NCBI GenBank assembly: GCA_965279305.1
Contig: OZ257143.1
Coordinates: forward strand, 420,001 to 452,000
Direction of reading: 5' to 3'
DNA length: 32,000 nucleotides
From: Gammaproteobacteria bacterium
GTDB taxonomy: Bacteria; Pseudomonadota; Gammaproteobacteria; JBIOEC01
In this document: piece after piece, positions 1 through 8,415 of the stretch
Layout of the letters: each line of letters starts with the position of its first letter
Numbering within the stretch: the first letter of the stretch is position 1
Made by a program: the position numbers and the translations under genes
Notes under the pieces: model-generated
Databases searched by the model: none
Told to the model about the DNA's origin: nothing
Seen by the model: only the letters and a program-made list of their open reading frames with translations

Positions 1-575
1 CCGGTAAATTTGTTCTTCAAGAATTAGTAGATAAATTAAAAGACGTAGTTGATAGCGGTAATTTACATTATCAAAAGCACGAAAAAGAATTATTGGAGTT
101 TTTCTTAGAACAATTCTTTGATAAAGCACCATCAAAAGAATTAGCTTTATTAATACAAAAAAGAAACGATGAGTTTTTCAAAAAACAAATGTTTAAAGAA
201 AAATTAGAAAAAGCCATTCCTGTCACCTACCCAGCAGAACGAGATATTATTAATAGAATTCCTCCGAGAAAATATCTCTCTAGCCATGAGAGAAAAAGCA
301 TTTGTAATGATATATTACGAATATGCACTATTGCTCCCCTAAAAATAAAAATTGAAGCTATTAGGGATCAATTAGGACAATTTTCAGATGTAAAAAGAAG
401 AATGAGCATGAAAAGACCTTCTGCTGCTGCAGTTAGCGCTGCAGAGAAAGTTATTGAAGATGAAACATTACAATTAATGGATTTTGATGACCTAGTTATT
501 CCCCGAGTAACTATTCCAGCATCTCCTGCGCCAACACCACCTCCTGCATCAGCAGCAGTGGCTGTTGCAACGTAG
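1..575 (+). CDS. hypothetical protein, 3' part of a gene that begins upstream of the window (Lys/Glu-rich, Pro/Ala-rich C-terminus; effector-like)
   Basis: Frame 3 is open from the window edge (GKFVLQELVDKLKD...) to TAG at 573-575, so the TTG at 93 in the ORF track is internal. No family recognised. The C-terminus is IPASPAPTPPPASAAVAVAT. Confidence 0.5.
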   Translation, partial: GKFVLQELVDKLKDVVDSGNLHYQKHEKELLEFFLEQFFDKAPSKELALLIQKRNDEFFKKQMFKEKLEKAIPVTYPAERDIINRIPPRKYLSSHERKSICNDILRICTIAPLKIKIEAIRDQLGQFSDVKRRMSMKRPSAAAVSAAEKVIEDETLQLMDFDDLVIPRVTIPASPAPTPPPASAAVAVAT

Positions 576-576
576 T

Positions 577-1341
577 TTATTCTACTTCTTTGAAGCGCTG
601 TAATTGAGAGGCGGCTTGATAATTGCGCCAGGCTTGTTCAGGTTTATTTAACTGTTGTTGAACATACGCTAATTCTAGATAAGCAGGAACACTAGGTTTT
701 TCAGTAATGCTTTGTTGCAAAAATTGCTCCGCTTTTCCCCACTCTTGTGCATTTTTCGCTAAGCGCCCTGCAGATAATAATACATCCGGATCTCTAGGAT
801 ACTGCGCCACCCATTGATGCACTTTCTTTAAACGCTTCTCCGCTTGTTGCTGCAATAAACCATAATAACTTACAAAATTAGGCTGCCATTGGCGATCTAA
901 TTGCCATTCAATAATATCACTGACTTGTGCTTCATCGCCCAAACGTAATGCTGCACGCACATAAGCATTCGCACACAAAGGATCATGTCGCCAGCGATTA
1001 GAAAGTGATTTCCATACCTGGTTTAATTCAGCGGCATCTTTGGCTTGGTTTAATTGTTGCAAGGCTTGTTGAAGTGTATGCTCTTGAGCTTGGTTTCTTT
1101 GCTCTTTGCGGTTTCTCCAAAAATTTGTCCACCGATATGGAACAGAAACTACCCATCGTGAAATTCGCGACAAAAAGATATAGACCAATAATAATACTAA
1201 AAAGCCAAAAATAATCAACCATAATTGAATTTGAACAGTCCATTCTTTATAAGAAAAAGTAACTATATTTTGTGTTTGTGCAAAAAACAAAGCGGCAATA
1301 ATTAATAACGTAATAATCGTGATAAATAAAATTCGTTTCAT
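577..1341 (-). CDS. hemY: HemY-like heme-biosynthesis-associated TPR membrane protein (short form, 254 aa)
   Basis: The N-terminus has two TM segments plus YRWTNFWRNRKEQR, as in the HemY_N region, followed by TPR-like helices. Its ATG overlaps the upstream hemX-like stop (ATGA), matching the hemX-hemY order of E. coli hemCDXY. Confidence 0.6.
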   Translation of the reverse strand: MKRILFITIITLLIIAALFFAQTQNIVTFSYKEWTVQIQLWLIIFGFLVLLLVYIFLSRISRWVVSVPYRWTNFWRNRKEQRNQAQEHTLQQALQQLNQAKDAAELNQVWKSLSNRWRHDPLCANAYVRAALRLGDEAQVSDIIEWQLDRQWQPNFVSYYGLLQQQAEKRLKKVHQWVAQYPRDPDVLLSAGRLAKNAQEWGKAEQFLQQSITEKPSVPAYLELAYVQQQLNKPEQAWRNYQAASQLQRFKEVE

Positions 1342-2264
1342 GGAGTTAATTCCTGCGTTGCAGTGATTAATGCTTGTTGCGTTTGATTCACATTCGCTCC
1401 CGAAAAATCTAGAGGTTGTTGTGATAATTGATTAATAGTTTGAGAAACACTTTCTCTATCACTCAACCAAGATAATGATTGTTGCGTTACCCAAGGCGTA
1501 GCACTATTTAATGCTAATTGGTATTCCATAGCATTTCCTTGCATCAAGGCAAACTGTGCTTGATACATCGCTAATTGCAACATAACACCACCGTAAAAAG
1601 CAGGTAATGCTGAATCGGTTAGCGCATCAGAATGCTGTACTTGCACTGCATTTTGAAATTGATGTTTTAATTTATCTACCAATGTTTCATCGGCAGGGGC
1701 CGTGGTAGTTGGAGCAGGCGTTTCGGTAACGGGCCCAAAATGAGCCAGCATTTGCTGATTAATATGCTGCTGCAATTGTTGCACTTGGCCTAATACTTGC
1801 TGCTTATTCGTCTGAACATATTGAATTTTTTCGCTATCAGCCACAATAGCAGTTTGTATGGCTTGTTGTTGTGATAGTGGTAATTGCACGAGTTCTGCTT
1901 CTAAAATACTGAGCAAACTCATGGCCAGTGAAAATTGTTGGTTATTTAATAATAATTGAATAACGGTGGCTTGATTAAGCATATTGGTTAACAGTTCTCT
2001 CATCAATGATGATGAGTGAGCAGGATCAGGCATTGAACTCGAAGCAGTATTCGCAGAAACGTTATGAGTTAATAATGGTTGATTGGGAAGTGAGGCATCT
2101 TCAGACTGCATTTTCCAAAAACTGTAACCCAGTGTACCAGCAGCACCTAATACACCCACCGTAATAGTGCCTAATACCCAAGCTCTCCAATTACGTTTCA
2201 ATGAGGTCTGTTGAGTAGTAGGTTCAAATGATTCGGTTGGCTCTGTCATGTAAGATAATTCCAT
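1338..2264 (-). CDS. hemX: HemX-like membrane protein (uroporphyrinogen-III methyltransferase-like, non-enzymatic HemX family)
   Basis: It has a single N-terminal TM (WRAWVLGTITVGVLGAAGTLGYSFW) followed by a long Gln/Leu-rich coiled-coil-like periplasmic part. It lies immediately upstream of hemY and is coupled to it. Confidence 0.5.
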   Translation of the reverse strand: MELSYMTEPTESFEPTTQQTSLKRNWRAWVLGTITVGVLGAAGTLGYSFWKMQSEDASLPNQPLLTHNVSANTASSSMPDPAHSSSLMRELLTNMLNQATVIQLLLNNQQFSLAMSLLSILEAELVQLPLSQQQAIQTAIVADSEKIQYVQTNKQQVLGQVQQLQQHINQQMLAHFGPVTETPAPTTTAPADETLVDKLKHQFQNAVQVQHSDALTDSALPAFYGGVMLQLAMYQAQFALMQGNAMEYQLALNSATPWVTQQSLSWLSDRESVSQTINQLSQQPLDFSGANVNQTQQALITATQELTP

Positions 2265-2386
2265 TTAAGTGATGAGAGTGATTTATTTTACCAAAAACAC
2301 CTTAATAAGGATACGGTTGTATTGACTTTTGGTATAATAAACGCTTTACTCAAGTACTACTAAAATATAGCTGACTCATTGGTAAT

Positions 2387-2827
2387 ATGTCAAAAACACG
2401 CAAAAAACCTGGAATTTTAAAAAAGCTTATCGGGCGTCTAAACGCGCTATTCAACGAAACCGAAGATGAAGGCGGTAGCGGCGGCAGTGGCATAAAACCC
2501 AATATGCAAAATCCACTGGCCGGTCGTAAAGCAGCCAATGCATCTATACATCAAGTCGCAGCAACGAAGGCGCCTTACGTGCCATTAAATCAATTGCTCG
2601 TAACATTAATTCGTCAATTAGGCGGCAAAAATATACCCGGCAAAACTTCTTCTTTGCTTAACTCTCTTATGCCGGCTGATGAAGCCCAATTTAGATCGAT
2701 GCTGAAAAAAGAATTAAAAGGCAGCTCTGTGGCGGATCAAATATCAGAAGGCCCAGATGTAACGCCTGAAAGCGGTAAAGACTTTAGCAATCATAAAACG
2801 CCTAAAAGAGGTCCACGACCTAGCTAA
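2387..2827 (+). CDS. hypothetical basic, low-complexity protein (146 aa)
   Basis: The ORF has an extended -10 (TGgTATAAT, 2330-2338) upstream. Its stop is 2 nt before the next ATG (2830), suggesting an operon with the TPR-methyltransferase. No family recognised. Confidence 0.45.
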   Translation: MSKTRKKPGILKKLIGRLNALFNETEDEGGSGGSGIKPNMQNPLAGRKAANASIHQVAATKAPYVPLNQLLVTLIRQLGGKNIPGKTSSLLNSLMPADEAQFRSMLKKELKGSSVADQISEGPDVTPESGKDFSNHKTPKRGPRPS

Positions 2828-2829
2828 TC

Positions 2830-4248
2830 ATGGATACTCTTTTATTCGACCAAGCCCGTTCGCTGCAAGCCAAAGGCGAATTTAATCATGCCGCTGATCT
2901 TTATCAACAACTTTTAAAAAAACATCCTTCTCATTTAGCCAGCCGTTATAACCTCGCTCGTTTATGGGCAGAGCAAGGTAAATGGCAGTTAGCTATTGCA
3001 GAATTTGAACAAATATTAAATGCAGAGCCCTCTTGTACTCCTGCTTGTTACAATTTAGCGATTTGCTGGCAAGCAGAGCAGCAAGATCAAAAAGCCATGG
3101 ATTATCTGAAAAAAACCTTAGGACTCGATCCGCAACATGGGTTAGCCATGCAAGCATTAGGCAGTTTATTATTAAAACAAGAAAAATACGCAGAAGCCAA
3201 AGCCTATTTACTTTCGGCTCTAGAGCAATTAGGTCATCATGCTGATATTTATTTTAATTTAGGGATCGCTTTTTTAAACGAAAGCGATAAAATGAGTGCG
3301 CTTTTTTATTTTACTGAACTCGCTAAAAAATATCCTCATACTATCGAAGCTCATTACAATACGGGTGTAATTTATCAGCAAGAAGGTAATGATCCGGCTG
3401 CTTTACGCGCTTATGCTGAAGTGTTAAAACTAAACTCACAACATTTTGCGAGTCTTTATAATACGGGCGTTATTTTGCAACACCAAGGTAATTACCCACT
3501 CGCATTGCATCACTATAAAAAGGCTTACGAAATTGATCCTCACCATCGTAGTTTGCCTTTTTTAATTAGCGCTTTAGAGCAAAACTCTCCACAAGCCGCA
3601 CCTACTCAATATGTAGAAAGTTTATTTGATGGATATGCCGATCATTATGACAGACATATACAGCAACAATTACAGTATGAAGTGCCTAAAAAATTACATC
3701 AATTATTTTGTTCTCATATGCAAAAAGCGTGGAGTATGCCCAATGATAATAAGTTACCTAAACAATCTTTTACCTTAATTGATTTAGGTTGTGGCACAGG
3801 ATTAGCAGGGCTTTATTTTAAACCGCTTTGTCATACCATGGTGGGTATCGATTTATCAGCAGGCATGTTAAGACAAGCCTCAAAAAAACAATTATATTCC
3901 ACCTTAAATCAGCAAGATAATATTGAATATTTAAAAAAACTACATCATGAAGCAGATATTATTATTGCCGCGGATGTATTGGGATATTACGGCGATTTAG
4001 AAGCTTTGTTTTCTTCAGCTAAAAAGGCATTGCGCCCTGGTGGCTGCTGGTTATTTTCGATTGAAACGTATTTAGGATCAGACTATTTTCATTTACAAGA
4101 AAATGCGCGTTTTTCTCATCAAGCGGATTATATAAAAATGCTAGCTGAACGCCATAGCTTTAAATTACTCGCAGAAGAACCTGCTACGCTACGGCTTCAA
4201 CAAGAAAAGCCCGTAGCAGGTTTTTTATATTTGCTGGTTTCTATTTAA
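2830..4248 (+). CDS. TPR-repeat protein fused to a class I SAM-dependent methyltransferase (COG4976-like)
   Basis: The N-terminal ~250 aa is repeated TPR units (e.g. AxxYNLA..., AHYNTGVIYQQEGN, LYNTGVILQHQGN). The C-terminal half carries the SAM motif I LIDLGCGTGLAG and the post-I/II pattern (IIAADVLGYYGD, LRPGG). Confidence 0.8.
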   Translation: MDTLLFDQARSLQAKGEFNHAADLYQQLLKKHPSHLASRYNLARLWAEQGKWQLAIAEFEQILNAEPSCTPACYNLAICWQAEQQDQKAMDYLKKTLGLDPQHGLAMQALGSLLLKQEKYAEAKAYLLSALEQLGHHADIYFNLGIAFLNESDKMSALFYFTELAKKYPHTIEAHYNTGVIYQQEGNDPAALRAYAEVLKLNSQHFASLYNTGVILQHQGNYPLALHHYKKAYEIDPHHRSLPFLISALEQNSPQAAPTQYVESLFDGYADHYDRHIQQQLQYEVPKKLHQLFCSHMQKAWSMPNDNKLPKQSFTLIDLGCGTGLAGLYFKPLCHTMVGIDLSAGMLRQASKKQLYSTLNQQDNIEYLKKLHHEADIIIAADVLGYYGDLEALFSSAKKALRPGGCWLFSIETYLGSDYFHLQENARFSHQADYIKMLAERHSFKLLAEEPATLRLQQEKPVAGFLYLLVSI

Positions 4249-5602
4249 TCATGATCATTAATGAGGTAATAAATACAATACCGATCATTAAAGGGACTAA
4301 AAAACGCATACTAAAATACCACGCCTGAAACATTCCATCACTTTTCATTTGCAAAATCTTTTCGCTTAATGAACGCTTCATTACCCAACCTACAAATAAA
4401 GCAAACAGCAATCCACCCGTAGGTAAAATAATATTCGTAGGAATATCAGTTGCTATCGCAAAAATAGTAAAACCACCTAATTGCACATCTTCCCATAAAT
4501 TGAATGAAAGAAGAGAGCCAATTCCTAATATCCAAGCAAAACCACACACTAACCAGGTCGCTTGTTTACGTGATAATTGCGTGCGTTCAATTAATAAATA
4601 AACCACTGGCTCTGCTAAAGAAATAGACGATGTCCAAGCAGCAAATAATAATAAAACGAAAAATAAGCTTCCAATCAGTACGCCCCATTCCATATGTGCA
4701 AAAGCCATTGGCAACACTACATACATTAAACCAGGGCCTTCAGAGACAGGCAATCCGTAAGCAAATACAATAGGAAATATGGCTAAGCCCGCTAATACCG
4801 CTACAATCACATTCAGAATGGCAATAGTACTCATTGAATGAGTGAGCGACGTATTATCCTGTGAATAAGCGGCATATACCGTAATCATTCCTGCGCCTAA
4901 TGCTAATGAGAAAAACGCTTGGCCTAATGCTGATAAAATAACTCCCGCGGTAATTTTGCTAAAATCAGGCATAAATAAAAATTTAAGGCCTTGAACAAAT
5001 TCCCCTGCATAAGCGGCATATAATACTAAAATAATTAATACCGCAAACAAGCCTGGCATTAAATAACGATTGAGTTTTTCTAATCCGCTTTCAACCCCTC
5101 TGGCCACAACCCACAATGTTAATAACATAAAAACACTGTGCCATAACAACATCTCTAAAGGATCATCTAAAAAATTCACCCACACACTTTCTATTTCAGC
5201 ATTGCCAAGCCCTTGTAAATATCCCGCAGCACTTCTCCATAAATATGCAATAGACCAGCCAGAGACTACGCTGTAAAAAGATAAAATCATGACTAGTGCA
5301 AGCAATCCCCACCAACCGGCTAATTGCCAGTAACGGCTAGCATGACTTTCACGCGCAATTTTAATAATGCTATCAACTGCATTTTGCCTAGCGTATCGAC
5401 CAATTAATGCTTCGGCTAACATTAAAGGAACACCAATCACAAAAACGCTAATCAAATAAACTAGCATAAAAGCGCTACCGCCATTTTCTCCTAGAGTGTA
5501 AGGGAATTTCCAAATATTTCCTAAACCAATAGCAGCACCCGCAGTGGCCCAAATAAATGCCCAATGAGTAGACCAACGCTGAATGCGTGAATTTTTTGCC
5601 AC
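4241..5602 (-). CDS. sodium-dependent transporter, neurotransmitter:sodium symporter (SNF) family
   Basis: It carries the hallmark N-terminal motif WSTHWAFIWATAGAAIGLGNIWKFPY..GENGGSAF and about 11-12 TM segments. I place the start at GTG 5602, preceded by AAGGAG plus a 6-nt spacer, rather than the track's GTG at 5629. Confidence 0.85.
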   Translation of the reverse strand: MAKNSRIQRWSTHWAFIWATAGAAIGLGNIWKFPYTLGENGGSAFMLVYLISVFVIGVPLMLAEALIGRYARQNAVDSIIKIARESHASRYWQLAGWWGLLALVMILSFYSVVSGWSIAYLWRSAAGYLQGLGNAEIESVWVNFLDDPLEMLLWHSVFMLLTLWVVARGVESGLEKLNRYLMPGLFAVLIILVLYAAYAGEFVQGLKFLFMPDFSKITAGVILSALGQAFFSLALGAGMITVYAAYSQDNTSLTHSMSTIAILNVIVAVLAGLAIFPIVFAYGLPVSEGPGLMYVVLPMAFAHMEWGVLIGSLFFVLLLFAAWTSSISLAEPVVYLLIERTQLSRKQATWLVCGFAWILGIGSLLSFNLWEDVQLGGFTIFAIATDIPTNIILPTGGLLFALFVGWVMKRSLSEKILQMKSDGMFQAWYFSMRFLVPLMIGIVFITSLMIMIK

Positions 5603-5612
5603 TATTTTCTCC

Positions 5613-6005
5613 TTACTTATACGAGTCACTGGTATTTTTTAAGGTGACTTGTCTTAAACTCTGTGCAATCGCATTAATTTCAAACTGCTTTGTTTTTAAT
5701 AAATGTACAAAGAATTGGTAAATTTTATCCGACTGCTGATGAATACTATAACCGTTCATTCGTAAAAAAGCATCTACGGCCGCAAATGCCGTGCGTTTAT
5801 TGCCTTGTTTAAACGGTTGATACAATACAATGCTTTCCATTAAAGCAGCAGCACGAGTAATGATATCGGGATAATGATCGCTTTGTGCACGTGACAATGC
5901 TGATTCCAATGCACCTAAATCTCGGATCCCTGACTCTCCACCGTATCGGGTTATTAATACCTTTTGTATTTCCAATACTTCTGTCAACGTTAAATAGTCG
6001 TACAT
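5613..6005 (-). CDS. Doc (death-on-curing)/Fic-fold type II toxin, with Gln in place of the motif His
   Basis: The family pattern is GGESGIRDLGALESALSRAQ ... QPFKQGNKRTAFAA ... NGY. The Doc motif HxFx(D/N)(A/G)NKR is present except for its first residue (Q63, codon CAA at 5817-5819). Confidence 0.8.
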   Translation of the reverse strand: MYDYLTLTEVLEIQKVLITRYGGESGIRDLGALESALSRAQSDHYPDIITRAAALMESIVLYQPFKQGNKRTAFAAVDAFLRMNGYSIHQQSDKIYQFFVHLLKTKQFEINAIAQSLRQVTLKNTSDSYK

Positions 6006-6244
6006 AGTGCCAACTTACGATATAAATCATCGTGTTTTTCTAAACTGTTATCTAGGGCTTTACGAACATGACGTCTGGCTTGGCTGTTGCTCTCTAATGA
6101 TAAGTAGGCTCGTAACGCTTCGTCCAACAGTGCTTGAAACAGCCTTCCTTCTTTTCGTGCCAGCGCTCTCATTTTGCTCAACAACTCTGGATGAGCTTGA
6201 GAGGAGAACTTTTCCAGTGGAATGGTTTGTGATGGTTTGGGCAT
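5990..6244 (-). CDS. ribbon-helix-helix (CopG/MetJ-type) antitoxin partner of Doc
   Basis: This 84-aa ORF overlaps the toxin start by 16 nt. It has an RHH-like pattern: a short beta strand (FSSQAH) followed by PELLSKMRALARKEGRLFQALLDEALRAYL. Confidence 0.6.
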   Translation of the reverse strand: MPKPSQTIPLEKFSSQAHPELLSKMRALARKEGRLFQALLDEALRAYLSLESNSQARRHVRKALDNSLEKHDDLYRKLALCTTI

Positions 6245-6518
6245 TTCCTTGTCCTCATTCTTTATATGATTTAAATAATAGCCTAATATCTTGATTTAAC
6301 AAGATTCATCATTACAAAACCCATCAAAACATTATAAGCTTTTGATTCTTATGCCATTATCAAAAACAATTATATATATTTATATATCTTGATATATCAT
6401 GACAGAAATAAAGATGGATTTAAAGAATGCGTCCCCCGCGACAGGTAAATGAGTTGCAATTCTGCTGTAAAGAGCTATACCATGATACGGCTTATATTAC
6501 TTATGAAAGGAGACTCTC

Positions 6519-6761
6519 ATGTTAAACCCTACTAAACTCGGGTTAGCGGCAGGTATTTTATGGGGCTTAAGCATGTTCATGATGACAGTGGCTGCTATGC
6601 AAACAGGGTACGCTGGAGAATGGCTACAGTTAATGGACAGCATATACCCTGGTTACGAAATATCATGGACTGGCAGCGTTCTGGGCCTAGTGTATGGATT
6701 TGTTGATGGATTTGTAGGCTTATTTCTTTTCGGATGGCTTTACAACAAGCTTAACGCCTAA
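6519..6761 (+). CDS. small integral membrane protein (80 aa, 2-3 TM), family not recognised
   Basis: A good RBS (AAGGAG, 7 nt before the ATG) precedes it, and it has Gly/aromatic-rich hydrophobic segments. Confidence 0.5.
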   Translation: MLNPTKLGLAAGILWGLSMFMMTVAAMQTGYAGEWLQLMDSIYPGYEISWTGSVLGLVYGFVDGFVGLFLFGWLYNKLNA

Positions 6762-6776
6762 TTGCTCACTATCAAT

Positions 6777-6799
6777 GGGGTAAGCGCATGGCTTATCCC
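6777..6799. terminator. stem-loop between convergent genes (possible terminator, no clear U-tract)
   Basis: GGGGTAAGC (6777-6785), loop GCATG, then GCTTATCCC (6791-6799). This gives 9 bp with one G:U pair. It lies between the stops at 6761 (+) and 6810 (-). Confidence 0.3.
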
Positions 6800-6809
6800 T
6801 ATTCACATA

Positions 6810-7169
6810 TTAGCTATTCCATTTAAGATAAGGCTTGGCTAATTCTCTCACCTCTAATGTAATCTGAAAATCTTTTCTCTTTGCTGAATCAGAAAAATAC
6901 GTTTTTAACAGTTGAAACAACTCTTTTCCTACTTCTTCTCGTATTTCGGCGCTGCGACCCTGCATAAAAGAAAGTTCAACATGAACAAAGGCAGCTTCTG
7001 AATTACCGTTCCCAACATAATAATTATCCACTAAAATCGCGCGACATTTGCAACTGGCAATATCAGCGGGTAATTTTTCTGATACCATATGATTAATACT
7101 AGCAAATAAATCAGAAAAATCATCCCCTTCTTCAATATTATTAGTATATTCTAAATTTAAATGTGGCAT
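6810..7169 (-). CDS. 5-carboxymethyl-2-hydroxymuconate isomerase (CHMI)-like tautomerase-superfamily protein
   Basis: It is about 120 aa and starts MPHLNLEYTNN, the MPH(L)xxEYS/T N-terminus typical of the CHMI family with its catalytic Pro after Met. Confidence 0.6.
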   Translation of the reverse strand: MPHLNLEYTNNIEEGDDFSDLFASINHMVSEKLPADIASCKCRAILVDNYYVGNGNSEAAFVHVELSFMQGRSAEIREEVGKELFQLLKTYFSDSAKRKDFQITLEVRELAKPYLKWNS

Positions 7170-7253
7170 ATTTTTTCACCTATTTTTTTGGACTTTATAA
7201 GATTATACTAGCATGAGTTTAGGATAGATATAAATGAAATTTAAGGAAAAATA

Positions 7254-7985
7254 ATGTCTCATACTAGAATTTATCAAAAAATACCGCTGAGTATAGGTAC
7301 TGAAATTATTTTAGATCATCATGCCACGCAACATTTAGTAAAAGCACTACGATTAAAACTTAATGACCACTTTACCATTTTTAATGGAGACGGTGATGAA
7401 TACGAAGCTATGTTATCTTTTCAAAGCAAACGAGAACATAGAGCACAAATCACTAATAAACAAGCAGGTATTCGCGAATCCTCTTGTCCTATTTTGCTAG
7501 GTCAAAGTATTTCTAGAGGTGAACGTATGGATTACGCCATACAAAAATCAGTAGAATTAGGTGTGCATGCGATACAACCGTTAATTACAGCACATATTGC
7601 GGTAAAAATGCCCGCCGATTCTTTTGAAAAACGACAACAACATTGGCAAGGTATTGCTGTGAGCGCTGCTGAGCAATGTGGTCGCAGTGTGGTACCCACT
7701 GTTCATTTGCCTATTACATTAGAAAAATGGATCCCTACTTGCGACCAAGCTTTACGATTAGTATTAGATCCAAGAGCCAAAGAAACATTACCAACACTTA
7801 CTGACACTGTTTCTTCTATTGCTTTATTAATTGGTCCTGAAGGTGGATTAAGCTCAGACGAAATTGCATTAGCAAAACACCATTCTTTTTTACCAATTCG
7901 TTTAGGATCACGTATTTTACGCACCGAAACTGCCGCAGTGGCAGCGATGACATTATTGCAGTATAAATGGGGCGATTTAGTCTAA
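7254..7985 (+). CDS. rsmE: 16S rRNA (uracil1498-N3)-methyltransferase RsmE
   Basis: It is 243 aa with the N-terminal RIY... pattern, the SISRGERMDYAIQKSVELGV block and the C-terminal SPOUT knot motif LLIGPEGGLSSDEI...LGSRILRTETA. Confidence 0.85.
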   Translation: MSHTRIYQKIPLSIGTEIILDHHATQHLVKALRLKLNDHFTIFNGDGDEYEAMLSFQSKREHRAQITNKQAGIRESSCPILLGQSISRGERMDYAIQKSVELGVHAIQPLITAHIAVKMPADSFEKRQQHWQGIAVSAAEQCGRSVVPTVHLPITLEKWIPTCDQALRLVLDPRAKETLPTLTDTVSSIALLIGPEGGLSSDEIALAKHHSFLPIRLGSRILRTETAAVAAMTLLQYKWGDLV

Positions 7986-8083
7986 CGCATTTATTGACGA
8001 TAACCCTCCGTTGTACTATTTTTAAATATATCGTCATTGCGAGGTCGCTTCGGCCGTGGCAACCCATATCAAATTAGGCATTT

Positions 8084-8404
8084 ATGAAAAAATATTTCTC
8101 ATTAGCATTTATTTCTTTACTATTTCTCAGCACCACTGCTTTAGCAGATCCGCTGGGACCTGATGCCGCCGCTACTGATCCTTATCATGATGAACAAATG
8201 CAGCGTCAAATAGCTATTCTAGATGATTTAGACGCACGTATTGACGAAGAAGAAAGAAAAGGCTATTTACAAGCGTGGCAGGCAAACCAGCTTAGAAATG
8301 AAGTACAAACCATGAGAATTCAAGAACGTAATTATATACAGCAAGATGCCTTCGATGCGAAAGCTGCCGCTATTGCACGACAGCTTGACCCACCAATGAA
8401 CTAA
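8084..8404 (+). CDS. small secreted/periplasmic helical protein, unknown function
   Basis: It has a Sec signal peptide (MKKYFSLAFISLLFLSTTALA/DP) followed by a charged helical sequence. No family recognised. Confidence 0.5.
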   Translation: MKKYFSLAFISLLFLSTTALADPLGPDAAATDPYHDEQMQRQIAILDDLDARIDEEERKGYLQAWQANQLRNEVQTMRIQERNYIQQDAFDAKAAAIARQLDPPMN

Positions 8405-8415
8405 ATACCTTTTAT

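Noticed and set aside
1005-1243. Two ORF-track entries (1005..1214 +, 1028..1243 -) lie inside the hemY-like gene.
   Set aside because: They are overlapping or antisense frames within a better-supported gene. They have low-complexity translations, no RBS and no family resemblance.
577-1341. I considered whether the short hemY-like gene (254 aa, against about 400 in E. coli) is a truncated pseudogene.
   Set aside because: The frame is intact from a coupled ATGA start to a clean stop. N-terminal TM and TPR parts are both present, and no continuation of homology is visible in other frames. It is more likely a naturally short orthologue.
6286-6393. A 10-mer ATATCTTGAT occurs twice (6286-6295 and 6384-6393), with TA-rich runs, in the TA-module upstream region.
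   Set aside because: Two copies of a 10-mer in a 270-bp stretch that is very AT-rich carry little significance. I mention it only as a possible antitoxin operator under the TA finding.
6399-6452. A 17-codon upstream ORF (MTEIKMDLKNASPATGK) lies in the long AT-rich spacer before the small membrane protein gene. I also considered a possible riboswitch or leader there.
   Set aside because: It has no RBS. I could fold no conserved riboswitch-like structure (fluoride, guanidine and similar) by eye. The short ORF is expected by chance.
8029-8075. A GC-rich segment TCGTCATTGCGAGGTCGCTTCGGCCGTGGCAACCC lies between rsmE and the next gene. It resembles a short dispersed 'GTCATTGCGAG...GGCAA' element I have seen translated as spurious peptides in several aquatic or intracellular bacteria. 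An 8-bp inverted repeat TGACGATA/TATCGTCA (7995-8002 / 8029-8036) flanks it.
   Set aside because: Only one copy is in this window, so repeat status cannot be shown. The predicted hairpin is weak (2-4 bp around a CTTCGG loop). A genome-wide count would be needed before calling it a repeat family.
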